Source of the DNA: Candidatus Obscuribacteraceae bacterium
GTDB lineage: Bacteria > Cyanobacteriota > Vampirovibrionia > Obscuribacterales > Obscuribacteraceae
DNA length: 64,000 nt
Direction: 5' to 3'
Assembly: GCA_044226015.1 (NCBI GenBank)
Contig: JBGAHS010000009.1
Location: forward strand, 96,001-160,000
Both the position numbers and the translations under genes were made by a program. The notes under the pieces were generated by a model. It saw only the letters and a list, made by a program, of their open reading frames with translations, was not told the origin of the DNA and did no database searches. Positions 20,571 through 29,209 of the stretch are shown here, piece by piece. Numbering within the stretch: the first letter of the stretch is position 1; every line of letters starts with the position of its first letter.

Positions 20571-20908
20571 ATAAGAATATTCTGGAAATTGATGGTCACA
20601 AGGCTGTTATCAGTTTTGATTCTGACCTTGCTATGTTTCGTGGGGAATTTTTGGGTCTAAACGGCGGTGCTGATTTTTATGCTGAGAGTGTGACTGGGTT
20701 AATTAAGGAGGGACGAAAATCACTTAAGGTATTTTTGGCGCTGTGTGAAGAAAAGGGACTTGCTCCTTTTCGCGAGTATTCTGGAAAGTTCAACGTTAGG
20801 CTTTCACCTTCTATTCATGAAGCGGCTGCCACTTATGCGGCAGCCGCGAACAAAAGTTTGAATGAATGGGTTTCTGATGCTATCGAACGAGCAATTGAAG
20901 CTGATTAG
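20567..20908 (+). CDS. hicB: HicB family antitoxin
   Basis: MNKNILEIDGHKAVISFD...FRGEFLGLNGGADFY...YSGKFNVRL...SLNEWV (RNase H-like domain plus RHH). Confidence 0.9.
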   Translation: MNKNILEIDGHKAVISFDSDLAMFRGEFLGLNGGADFYAESVTGLIKEGRKSLKVFLALCEEKGLAPFREYSGKFNVRLSPSIHEAAATYAAAANKSLNEWVSDAIERAIEAD

Positions 20909-20957
20909 TCCTTGCATTTTTAGTCAATCCAGGGGAACCTATCAAGCTTTTTCTTTT

Positions 20958-21053
20958 CTATAATTTTCTTGAGCCATACATTGAAGCCGCAAACTCAAGT
21001 TCTTTGTTGCTCTCGGTGTCACGACTCTTCTGAAATGGAGCTTCAAAATTCAT
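20958..21053 (-). CDS. Possible 31-aa small protein or truncated gene remnant
   Basis: AGGAG RBS upstream of ATG; MNFEAPFQKSRDTESNKELEFAASMYGSRKL*. Confidence 0.25.
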   Translation of the reverse strand: MNFEAPFQKSRDTESNKELEFAASMYGSRKL

Positions 21054-21155
21054 ATTCTTGTCTCCTGCTTGAAACAAGAATATCCGCCAGTTCTGAAATT
21101 AGTTTGAGAGTACGTGTGACCTGACTGCGTGAGCTTTCTTCCCTGTAAGCACAGC

Positions 21156-21186
21156 AAAAGAGACGTTATTTTGTAACGTCTCTTTT
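21156..21186 (-). terminator. Intrinsic terminator downstream of the USP gene
   Basis: AAAAGAGACGTTA-TTTTG-TAACGTCTCTTTT, a perfect inverted repeat. Confidence 0.8.
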
Positions 21187-21206
21187 AGCTGCTGTTGCGG
21201 TGCTCC

Positions 21207-22163
21207 TTAGACTTTAGCTACTTCAGCATCTTCTTTTTGAGCTGCATTTTGAACTTCTATGCCAGGGCGAATAACGCTGACTGTGCATTTTGCTCTAGTG
21301 CAAACTGCTTGAGATACGCTGCCCATGAAGAAGCGATCAAATCCAGAGCGACCATGCGAACCGATGATGATCCACTGTACAGATTCTGTTTCTGCAAAAT
21401 GCAAGATCTCTCCTTTAGGATCACCGTAGACCTTTTCTCGGCGTATCTTGATATTTGGGAAATGCTCGCCAAGTTTCTTTTCGCAAAAGTCCATTAGCGT
21501 TGCCATATAACGTTCTTCGACTTGCTCAAGTTCCTCAAAATAGCTTGGAGGTATGCACGCGCCGTAGTCATAAACACGCAGGGTTGGCACTACATTCATT
21601 AAGACGATTTCTGTATTCTCGGGCAAAATATGGTGCTTTAGAAAAGAGATTTGTTCTTCGGCAAATTTCTTTTCGTCAATTGGAATGAGAACCTTCAGTT
21701 TCTCGAACTTAGCTTCAGTGTCCGTTGGTTTTATTATGGTGACTGAGGCGTTGGCTCGGTTGCAGACAGCTTGTGCGACGCTTCCTAAAAACACTTTGTC
21801 GAGCCCTGTGCGTCCATGCGAACTCAACACGATTAAATCAGGTTTGATTTCCTTTGTTTGATTGAGAATCTCGTGGCTCGGGTCTCCATACTCAACCACT
21901 TTGTGAATAGTGGCTTTTCGGAAAACACCTTTCACCCTTTTCTCGAGTTCATCAAGGAAGTTATGCGCAATTTTTCTGTCCTCTTGAATCAGGGTCTCAA
22001 AATAAGCGCGCGGGATTTTGTATCCGAAGTCTTGCAGCGATAGAGGCTTTACCACCGTCATGAGCCAGAATTCTGCATCTTTTGCAAATTCTTGTGCAGC
22101 AAGAAAGTCAATTTGCGTTTCTGCAAATTGTTTGTCTTCGACGGGTAGGAGTATTCTTTTCAT
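21207..22163 (-). CDS. Tandem-domain universal stress protein
   Basis: Two USP domains, each with GDP..EIL and SHGR.G.D+.F.GSV.QAVC motifs. Confidence 0.92.
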   Translation of the reverse strand: MKRILLPVEDKQFAETQIDFLAAQEFAKDAEFWLMTVVKPLSLQDFGYKIPRAYFETLIQEDRKIAHNFLDELEKRVKGVFRKATIHKVVEYGDPSHEILNQTKEIKPDLIVLSSHGRTGLDKVFLGSVAQAVCNRANASVTIIKPTDTEAKFEKLKVLIPIDEKKFAEEQISFLKHHILPENTEIVLMNVVPTLRVYDYGACIPPSYFEELEQVEERYMATLMDFCEKKLGEHFPNIKIRREKVYGDPKGEILHFAETESVQWIIIGSHGRSGFDRFFMGSVSQAVCTRAKCTVSVIRPGIEVQNAAQKEDAEVAKV

Positions 22164-22297
22164 GATGCAATCCTAAATGTAGTCATATAGAAAGCATGAC
22201 ATGGCGACGAATAGAATACATCGTCCGTGATATCAACCGGAAGAATGATTCGCTACTATAAGTCTAGTGCAGAATCTGCGACAAGCCCGCGTATAGC

Positions 22298-23767
22298 CTA
22301 GTTATGGGCTCCGTAGGGATACCACCACGTCTTCTTCTCACCAGCGAATTCCCAATGCACATGTTTCGTTTCTCTGAACTGGTCCAGCCCCTCTTGTCCT
22401 AGTTCGCGGGCACCACCAGACAGTTTCATGCCCCCGAATGGTCCTGCGTAGTTGTCCGTTAGAGGATCGTTGATCCACACGGTGCCGGCTTTTACTTCTT
22501 CAAAAAACAATTTTGCTTTTAGAGGGTCAGTGGTCAAAAGGCACGCGCCCAGTCCATAGTCACAATCATTTGTGTAAGCTATTGCCTCTTCGAAGCTGTC
22601 ATATTCCATGAGTGGAAGCACCGGTCCAAAGGTTTCTTCAGTCATCACCGTCATTTTATTGGACACATTTGTAAGAATAGTGGGCTCGTAAAAATATCCT
22701 TTTTTCAGTTTCTCGGGACGCTTTCCGCCCAGCAAAACCGTTGCTCCGGAAGCTTTTGCGTCTGCGACTTGCTTTTCGACTTTCTCTCTATAGCTGTCGC
22801 CAATCATGGGTCCGATATCGGTGCTCTCGTCCACGCCTGGACCTAGACGCAGTGTACTAACGTGGGCGACCAGTGCCTCCGTGAATTCCTTTGCGCGTTT
22901 GCGCGGTAGGTAAATTCGCTCAGAAGAAGTACATACCTGTCCGCAATTTGTCAATCCTGCATAAGCGAGCGCAGCAGCAGCCAATGCAGGGTCTGCATCA
23001 TCAGCAATGACAAACGCATCTTTGCCACCAAGTTCTAAATGCAGTTTCTTCATCATTGGTGCAGCAAGGCTGGCGATTCTCTGTCCGGTCGCAAGACTAC
23101 CTGTGAAAGCAATTATAGGAACTCGCTTGTCTGTAACCATGGGCTCAGCAACTTCTTTGCCGAATCCATTCACTATGTTGATCACCCCGGCTGGGAAATG
23201 ATCCCAACAGTTTTCTGCGAGATATAGCGTGGAAAGAGGAGTTAGTTCACTCGGCTTGATAATGACTGTGTTTCCAGCAGCAAGGGCTGGAGCGACTTTC
23301 CATGCCATCAACAGTAACGGATAGTTCCATGGAATTATGCAGGCGGCTACTCCGTAAGGCTCTTTGATAACGAGGTTTAACTGCGAATACTCACCCGACG
23401 GCAGCACTCTGCCTCTTTCGTGACGGCCGAGCTCCGCGTAGTAGTCAAATGTGTTGGTGAGCCATTCAAACTCCTCTTCGTTTTCAGGAACTGGCTTGCC
23501 TTGCTCTAGCGTGAGGAGGTGGACGATCTGGTCTTTGTGCGAACGCATTTTTGCAGCTGCTTCATGCATCATGTTTGCTCGAACATTAGCGGAAACCTTG
23601 CGCCATTGAACGAAGGCACTTGCAGCAACGTCTATAGCATGCATTGCATCCTCAGCTGTGCCTCTGGGTACGCTATCGATAAGTTCTTCTGTGGCAGGGT
23701 TCCAGACATCAATGGATGCTGTTGACTTACCTCTTGTGAATTCACCGTTGATGAAATGCTGCCTCAT
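22298..23767 (-). CDS. Aldehyde dehydrogenase family protein
   Basis: PWNYP, KPSE, FTGS, LELGGK, catalytic Cys (GQVCTS) and EETFGP motifs. ATG 23767 follows GGAGG. Confidence 0.93.
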   Translation of the reverse strand: MRQHFINGEFTRGKSTASIDVWNPATEELIDSVPRGTAEDAMHAIDVAASAFVQWRKVSANVRANMMHEAAAKMRSHKDQIVHLLTLEQGKPVPENEEEFEWLTNTFDYYAELGRHERGRVLPSGEYSQLNLVIKEPYGVAACIIPWNYPLLLMAWKVAPALAAGNTVIIKPSELTPLSTLYLAENCWDHFPAGVINIVNGFGKEVAEPMVTDKRVPIIAFTGSLATGQRIASLAAPMMKKLHLELGGKDAFVIADDADPALAAAALAYAGLTNCGQVCTSSERIYLPRKRAKEFTEALVAHVSTLRLGPGVDESTDIGPMIGDSYREKVEKQVADAKASGATVLLGGKRPEKLKKGYFYEPTILTNVSNKMTVMTEETFGPVLPLMEYDSFEEAIAYTNDCDYGLGACLLTTDPLKAKLFFEEVKAGTVWINDPLTDNYAGPFGGMKLSGGARELGQEGLDQFRETKHVHWEFAGEKKTWWYPYGAHN

Positions 23768-23915
23768 CGAAACCTCCGGGCTTAGCTCTGTGTGCTTCAA
23801 CGGCTAAGTATGACGCTGAAGTTAAAAATTAGCATGAAGCTGATTTAGCCTTGCAAATTCAACCAATTGGAAAATATTTGCACGCTATGGGGAATGATAA
23901 GCACGGGGGTAAACC

Positions 23916-25775
23916 GTGTTTCAAGAAAACGATGTAATTGATGACCGTTATCGCATCATTTCCACTCTTGGAACTGGTGGGATGGGAACTGTTTTCAAAG
24001 CACAGCAACTAGACGTTTCTCGCATTGTCGCGATCAAGGTAATGCATGAGAGTGAGCTGCATGATGAGGAATCTCAGAAGCGCTTTTTTCGGGAGTGCAA
24101 GCTACTTTCGAAGTTGTCTCATTTCAACATTATGAACATCTATGGAATTACGCTAAGTTCAGATGGAGCACCGCTTGCTATTTGCGAGTATCTCGATGGC
24201 GTGACACTGCGTGCAGAGCTTCAGAAGGGACCTCTGGAATGGCGCAGGTCCGTGCGCATCGCGGTTCAGGTTTGCGATGCTATGAACTACGCGCACAACG
24301 AAGGAATATTGCATCGAGATTTGAAGCCAGAAAATTTGATGCTGCTTTCACTTCCTGAGCCAGACCATGTGAAGGTTATGGATTTTGGTTTGTCCAGGTT
24401 GCTTGATGTATCCAATTCTCAGAAGCTGACTAGAACTGGTTTATTGATTGGGTCACCTCATTACATGAGTCCGGAGCAAAGTCTCGGTAAGGCTGATAAT
24501 CGAAGCGATATTTATGCCCTGGCTTGTATTGTTTTTGAGATGTTAACAGGGGAGAAGCTGTTCGATGCGGACACTGCCATTGGTGTCATGTATTTGCAGG
24601 CAAATGCTAGCGCTGCAGACAGGCTTAAGCTGGTAAAAAATGGTCCGGTCAGTTTGATTGGCTGTCTCCAAAAGGCTCTAGAGAAAGATGCTCTAAAGCG
24701 TTATCAAAGCATGGAGGAGTTTGGCACGGCGTTGCAGGCTAGCATGGTCGATAAACCGCTTCCAAGGCAATCGAGTCATTCGAGTGTTTATCGGCGAATC
24801 ATATTAGGTAGTCTTTTTTGCCTGGTTATAGTTGGTTTTGTTGTTCTTTTGAACAAGACGAGTTCTCAAAATGTGAAAGTAACATCCCATCAAGGTCCAA
24901 TAATCCCTGTAAAAGGGATGACAGCTAAATCACTATGCCTGCTCGCTGCACGAGCTGCTGCTGCTGGAGATACTTTGCAGGCAATCAATCGTTATAGGGA
25001 AGCAATTTATAAATCTCAGAAAGAACCTTTGAGTGGCGTTAAGACCTACGAGCTGCACATGAAGTGCGCAGCGCTCTACGCCAAGCAAAAAATGCATCAG
25101 AATGCCACCCAAGAGGTATTATTGGCGCTCAGGGATAATGAATCTATACCAGAAGGCATAGATTTCGTAATTGATGGATTGAAATTTGAGCCTGATGAAA
25201 GTGATGTTTACATATTGCAGAATGCTGCTCTGCGACGGCTCGATAATAAAGATTCCATGGAACGTTGTGGCGAGTTCTTGCCATTCTCAGGAAATTTTGC
25301 AGATCTCTCCAGAAGCTTATTCGCAAGCAAGCGATTTGTGGATGTGTTGAAACTCTCAACAAGCGAGCTTTTCACTTTGTTAAACGCAGATGATCAATGG
25401 GTGTTGCGGCTTCTAGCGAACTACTCTTTAGCATTTTTGGGCAAGGACTCTTCCGGGAAGGCTCTGAATAAGACTACTGAATGTTTGTACCGAATTAACA
25501 GCAAGCCGGGTGGAGAGTTTGGCGAGTTCTTCGTTGTCCGGCATTACCTTGATGGAATCTACTGCATCGACATGTTAGTCGAGATGAATGAATTTGAGTT
25601 GGCGAAAAAGCAGTACAATCTGCTACAAACAAAACTAGCTGATGCCGAGCGCACGCATTTGCTTTCAGAGCACTATATTTCTCTGATTAGAACGGAAATG
25701 GACGCTCATGAGCCTGACGAGAAAGCTGTAGGCAAAAGACGAAAACATACAGCCTTATTTATGGAGAGAAAATAG
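23916..25775 (+). CDS. Hanks-type Ser/Thr kinase with TM helix and TPR-like C-terminal region
   Basis: LGTGGMG, VAIK, HRDLKPEN, DFG and YMSPEQ motifs; TM segment IILGSLFCLVIVGFVVLL. Confidence 0.9.
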   Translation: MFQENDVIDDRYRIISTLGTGGMGTVFKAQQLDVSRIVAIKVMHESELHDEESQKRFFRECKLLSKLSHFNIMNIYGITLSSDGAPLAICEYLDGVTLRAELQKGPLEWRRSVRIAVQVCDAMNYAHNEGILHRDLKPENLMLLSLPEPDHVKVMDFGLSRLLDVSNSQKLTRTGLLIGSPHYMSPEQSLGKADNRSDIYALACIVFEMLTGEKLFDADTAIGVMYLQANASAADRLKLVKNGPVSLIGCLQKALEKDALKRYQSMEEFGTALQASMVDKPLPRQSSHSSVYRRIILGSLFCLVIVGFVVLLNKTSSQNVKVTSHQGPIIPVKGMTAKSLCLLAARAAAAGDTLQAINRYREAIYKSQKEPLSGVKTYELHMKCAALYAKQKMHQNATQEVLLALRDNESIPEGIDFVIDGLKFEPDESDVYILQNAALRRLDNKDSMERCGEFLPFSGNFADLSRSLFASKRFVDVLKLSTSELFTLLNADDQWVLRLLANYSLAFLGKDSSGKALNKTTECLYRINSKPGGEFGEFFVVRHYLDGIYCIDMLVEMNEFELAKKQYNLLQTKLADAERTHLLSEHYISLIRTEMDAHEPDEKAVGKRRKHTALFMERK

Positions 25776-25829
25776 AATTAGCTTGCTAGAATCTATCTAG
25801 TTCCGTTGTGATTTCTTTTTGGATGTTAA

Positions 25830-26921
25830 ATGAACGATTTGAAACGAACTATTTTTCGTGTGGTTCCTCTTTTTCTCGGGTTGGCGCTGATGATACAGTG
25901 TGCCGCAGTGGCCCAGCAGCGCTTTATGTATGAGGGGCATGAAGTCAGCAAAGAGTATTTTGATGCATTGAATCTTGCCATTACTGCCACTCCGCTGCTT
26001 CGATCGGGTAAGTTTGAGGAAGCTAAAGTTATTTTGGAAAAGGTGGTACCGTTACTTACCGATAATGGACCTGTTCTCGGTAATTATGCGATGGTGCTGG
26101 CTCGTCTTGGCCAGCCTAAAGATGCAATTCCATATTACGAGAAGGCTATCCAGCTCGACCCTGCATCTGAGGCGAACATGATTGGGTATGCTGGTGCATT
26201 GGTCGCCGTGGGAGATAATGCGAAGTCAGTTGAGGTTGGAAAAGACTTTCTAAAGAAGTTTCCTAAGAGTGCTATGTATCCTCAAATGAAGAATCAGGTT
26301 GCTACTCTTCAACGTGAATTGAAGCGATCTGGCGTTCCTTCCTCACAGGAGAAAAGTGATGGTGGAACTGATTATTTTAATGAGGCTGTCACGGGAATTC
26401 AGCGCCGTTGGGAGCAAAGGAGAATTCCTGTTTACATTACAGATGGCACTGGAGTTGAGCACTGGAAGCCAGAATACAGTCAAATGATGCATAAGGCGTT
26501 TGAGGAATGGATGAGTCGTGGACAGAATGTGGAAATCTTCGATTTTGTTGATGACCCCAAGAGTGCAAAGATAATTTGCGAGTGGTCTGCTAACCCGAAG
26601 AAGTTGCGGAACCCTGCGGAGCAAGGTCAGACCGATACTACATTTGGCAACAATGGTCAGATGATGAAGGCAACAATTATAATGCTGACTTTCACTTCGA
26701 CAAACCCCGATATAAAACTATCAGATGCTAAGTTCATGCATACTGCACTTCATGAGGTTGGACACGCCCTTGGAATTCATGGTCACAGCAACAATCCCAG
26801 GGATGTGATGTACTTCGCTTCGGTCGATGATGCTCCTGCTTCTCTTTCTGAGCGTGATGTAAATACATTTTGGAAACTATACGGTCATGTACCTGCAGCT
26901 GCCGCTTCAAATGCAAATTGA
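25830..26921 (+). CDS. Secreted TPR + matrixin (M10-like) zinc metalloprotease
   Basis: Signal peptide, TPR repeats, HEVGHALGIHGHS zinc motif and Met-turn (DVMY). Confidence 0.88.
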   Translation: MNDLKRTIFRVVPLFLGLALMIQCAAVAQQRFMYEGHEVSKEYFDALNLAITATPLLRSGKFEEAKVILEKVVPLLTDNGPVLGNYAMVLARLGQPKDAIPYYEKAIQLDPASEANMIGYAGALVAVGDNAKSVEVGKDFLKKFPKSAMYPQMKNQVATLQRELKRSGVPSSQEKSDGGTDYFNEAVTGIQRRWEQRRIPVYITDGTGVEHWKPEYSQMMHKAFEEWMSRGQNVEIFDFVDDPKSAKIICEWSANPKKLRNPAEQGQTDTTFGNNGQMMKATIIMLTFTSTNPDIKLSDAKFMHTALHEVGHALGIHGHSNNPRDVMYFASVDDAPASLSERDVNTFWKLYGHVPAAAASNAN

Positions 26922-27253
26922 TTGGGATAAGACCAAGATGATGATTCAAACAAGACGATCTGAATAAACCGACTCGATGATGCGAACAAGACGACGATAT
27001 GAATGGACTATTCGATACTGGTAGGATTGCGGTTTGTGTTTGCATAATTGTTCAGTTCCACTCGATTGTGTTAAAACGAAAGACGAAAATTGATTTCTTG
27101 GCCTGAAGCTGAAAGTTGTGGCAGTGCTAGGCTTTTCGGGCGTGTGTCGCAAGCTTGGGTGAGTTGGCGATTTGTTTGATTCGTATTTACCACCAAAGTT
27201 TTTGCTGAAAATTCTATTTCCGCATGTACGCTAAGCATATGAGGCAATAATGG

Positions 27254-28360
27254 TTGGTGTTTATGGTTGATAGAGCTGCCGGAAATTTCGACGAATCGAA
27301 AGATAATAAGACGGACCCTAATGAAAGTGCTTCAGCAGTGAATTCGCTGCGGGGAGAGTACTTGTCCTCGGAAAAGAAGCCTTTGCTGTCAGCTCATCAA
27401 AGAGATGAGGATGACGCGGTTGAGTTTAAGGCAAGGTATCAAAATTCCAACTTCGTTCTGGATGCACCCAAGCCAGGACAGGGCCCCTACCAGATCCTCA
27501 AAGAAATGGCAGAGCAGAAAAGAATAAAGCTTCGCGATGATGAGCTGCTGCCAGAGGCTCGAAGAATAAGAGACCGGGACTTCAAGGAATGGGGACGCGA
27601 ATTTTATACTAAGGATGATGTTAGTGCTCGATGGACAGCAACTGAAATAGACGAGAGGGTCGCTCTTGCTGCAAAGAAAGTGAAAGGCATCGATGTTTCG
27701 ATGTGGCAGGGTGATATAGATTGGCAGAAAGTGAAAGATTCTGGTGTAAAGTTTACTTTCATTCGTGCCACCAAGGGCAGTGACCTTGTCGATCCAAAAT
27801 TTGAGCAAAATCGCAAAGGTGCTCATGACGTTGGGCTTGCTGTTGGCTATTATCATTATTTCAAGCCAGATCAGCCCGTGGCGGACCAAATTAAGGCTTT
27901 TGTCTCGACAGTAGGCACCGTGGAGAAGGACAATCTTCGTCTTGTTATTGACACAGAGAATGCGAAGTTATGGGAGCCGTTCACCCAAGAGCAACGATTG
28001 AAAATGATCGATGACTGGTGTAACGGCATAAAGAAAGAACTTGGTGTGACACCAGAAGTCATGATTTATGGCAGTCCGAGCTTCTTCGACGATACTCTAA
28101 AAAGTGCGCCAGAGCTTTCCAAGCATGATTTATGGATTGCAAATTACAAGGTTCCGGAGCCTCGCGTGCCCAAACCCTGGACAACATGGAAATTCTGGCA
28201 ATATTCGGAGACCGGAAAGGTACCAGGAATTGACGGCAATGTTGATCTCGACATGTATAATGGAACTGACCTGAACGGCAGCGGCTCGACAGAGAATCAA
28301 TCTCCGAAGCCAAAAGGTCCATCGCACAGCCATAAACATAAACACAAACACAACCATTAA
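27254..28360 (+). CDS. GH25 lysozyme (muramidase) with N-terminal extension and His-rich tail
   Basis: GIDVSMWQGDIDW, IRATKG, GYYHYF, IDTE, LWIANY, WQYS and VDLD motifs; ends SHSHKHKHKHNH. Confidence 0.9.
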   Translation: MVFMVDRAAGNFDESKDNKTDPNESASAVNSLRGEYLSSEKKPLLSAHQRDEDDAVEFKARYQNSNFVLDAPKPGQGPYQILKEMAEQKRIKLRDDELLPEARRIRDRDFKEWGREFYTKDDVSARWTATEIDERVALAAKKVKGIDVSMWQGDIDWQKVKDSGVKFTFIRATKGSDLVDPKFEQNRKGAHDVGLAVGYYHYFKPDQPVADQIKAFVSTVGTVEKDNLRLVIDTENAKLWEPFTQEQRLKMIDDWCNGIKKELGVTPEVMIYGSPSFFDDTLKSAPELSKHDLWIANYKVPEPRVPKPWTTWKFWQYSETGKVPGIDGNVDLDMYNGTDLNGSGSTENQSPKPKGPSHSHKHKHKHNH

Positions 28361-29094
28361 TGATTGATCGCGACAGATTTCACTTCGTCCTTGTTCGTCC
28401 AACATATTTGGGAAACATCGGTTCTGCAGCTAGGGTATTAAAAAACTTCGGATTCAAGAATCTCCGACTGGTTTCAGCGCCGAAAAATTACAAAGATGCC
28501 GAAGCTCGTAAGATGTCCGTTGGGGCGTTTGATCTGCTGAAGACTGCGATTTGTTTTGACTCTGTGAAAGAAGCTGTTCAGGATTTGTCTCTGATAATAG
28601 GGACTACTTGCGCTTATCAGAGAGACTGCCAGCCGGATTTTCTCGATGTGGTGAGTAAAGATATAAAAGCAAAGACGCAGGATAAAATCGCTATTCTGTT
28701 TGGTGATGAACGCGATGGATTGACTCGGGAGGAGTTGGATTATTGTCATTACACCATAAGCATTCCTACCGAATCTGATTTTCCTTCTCTAAATGTGGCT
28801 CAGGCTCTCGGTCTTTTCGCATATGAACTCATTAGAGGGTCCGATGAGAAAATTGAGTCGCTGGAAGCCGGGGTGAATATGTCCGAGACAGATGAGTATT
28901 TTGCGCGACTTGCATTATTCCTGTCTGCGGTTGGTTTCACAAAGTCTTTCAGCGAAGAACGAATAATCACTGAACTTCGTGGCTTGTTCAATAAATCGAG
29001 ACCGACTGCTCGCGAAATGAAATTACTGAATGCGCTGCTCCGGAAAGTTGAGCAGACTGCTTCAGTGTCTATGCCCCTTTCAAAGTCTGAGTAA
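28360..29094 (+). CDS. trmJ: TrmJ/LasT family SPOUT RNA methyltransferase
   Basis: VLVRPTYLGNIGSAARVLKNFG, LFGDERDGLT and SLNVAQA motifs. Confidence 0.85.
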   Translation: MIDRDRFHFVLVRPTYLGNIGSAARVLKNFGFKNLRLVSAPKNYKDAEARKMSVGAFDLLKTAICFDSVKEAVQDLSLIIGTTCAYQRDCQPDFLDVVSKDIKAKTQDKIAILFGDERDGLTREELDYCHYTISIPTESDFPSLNVAQALGLFAYELIRGSDEKIESLEAGVNMSETDEYFARLALFLSAVGFTKSFSEERIITELRGLFNKSRPTAREMKLLNALLRKVEQTASVSMPLSKSE

Positions 29095-29209
29095 TTTGCT
29101 TTGCTTTATTTGCGATTGTTTCATGCAGACCACTTTGGTTCTCTTCATTTAGACCTGAGATAGGTTGATATTCATTGAACTGAACTCATGTTCTATGCAC
29201 GAATACATA

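Noticed and set aside
15595..20908. SNF2 helicase plus hicAB as a defence island
   Set aside because: SWIM-SNF2 is a widespread stand-alone gene, and no methylase, nuclease or other defence partner is adjacent.
26977..27093. CGLCLHNC ferredoxin-like string in an intergenic frame
   Set aside because: It is preceded by an in-frame stop and lacks the first Cys and the CP motif, so it cannot be distinguished from chance.
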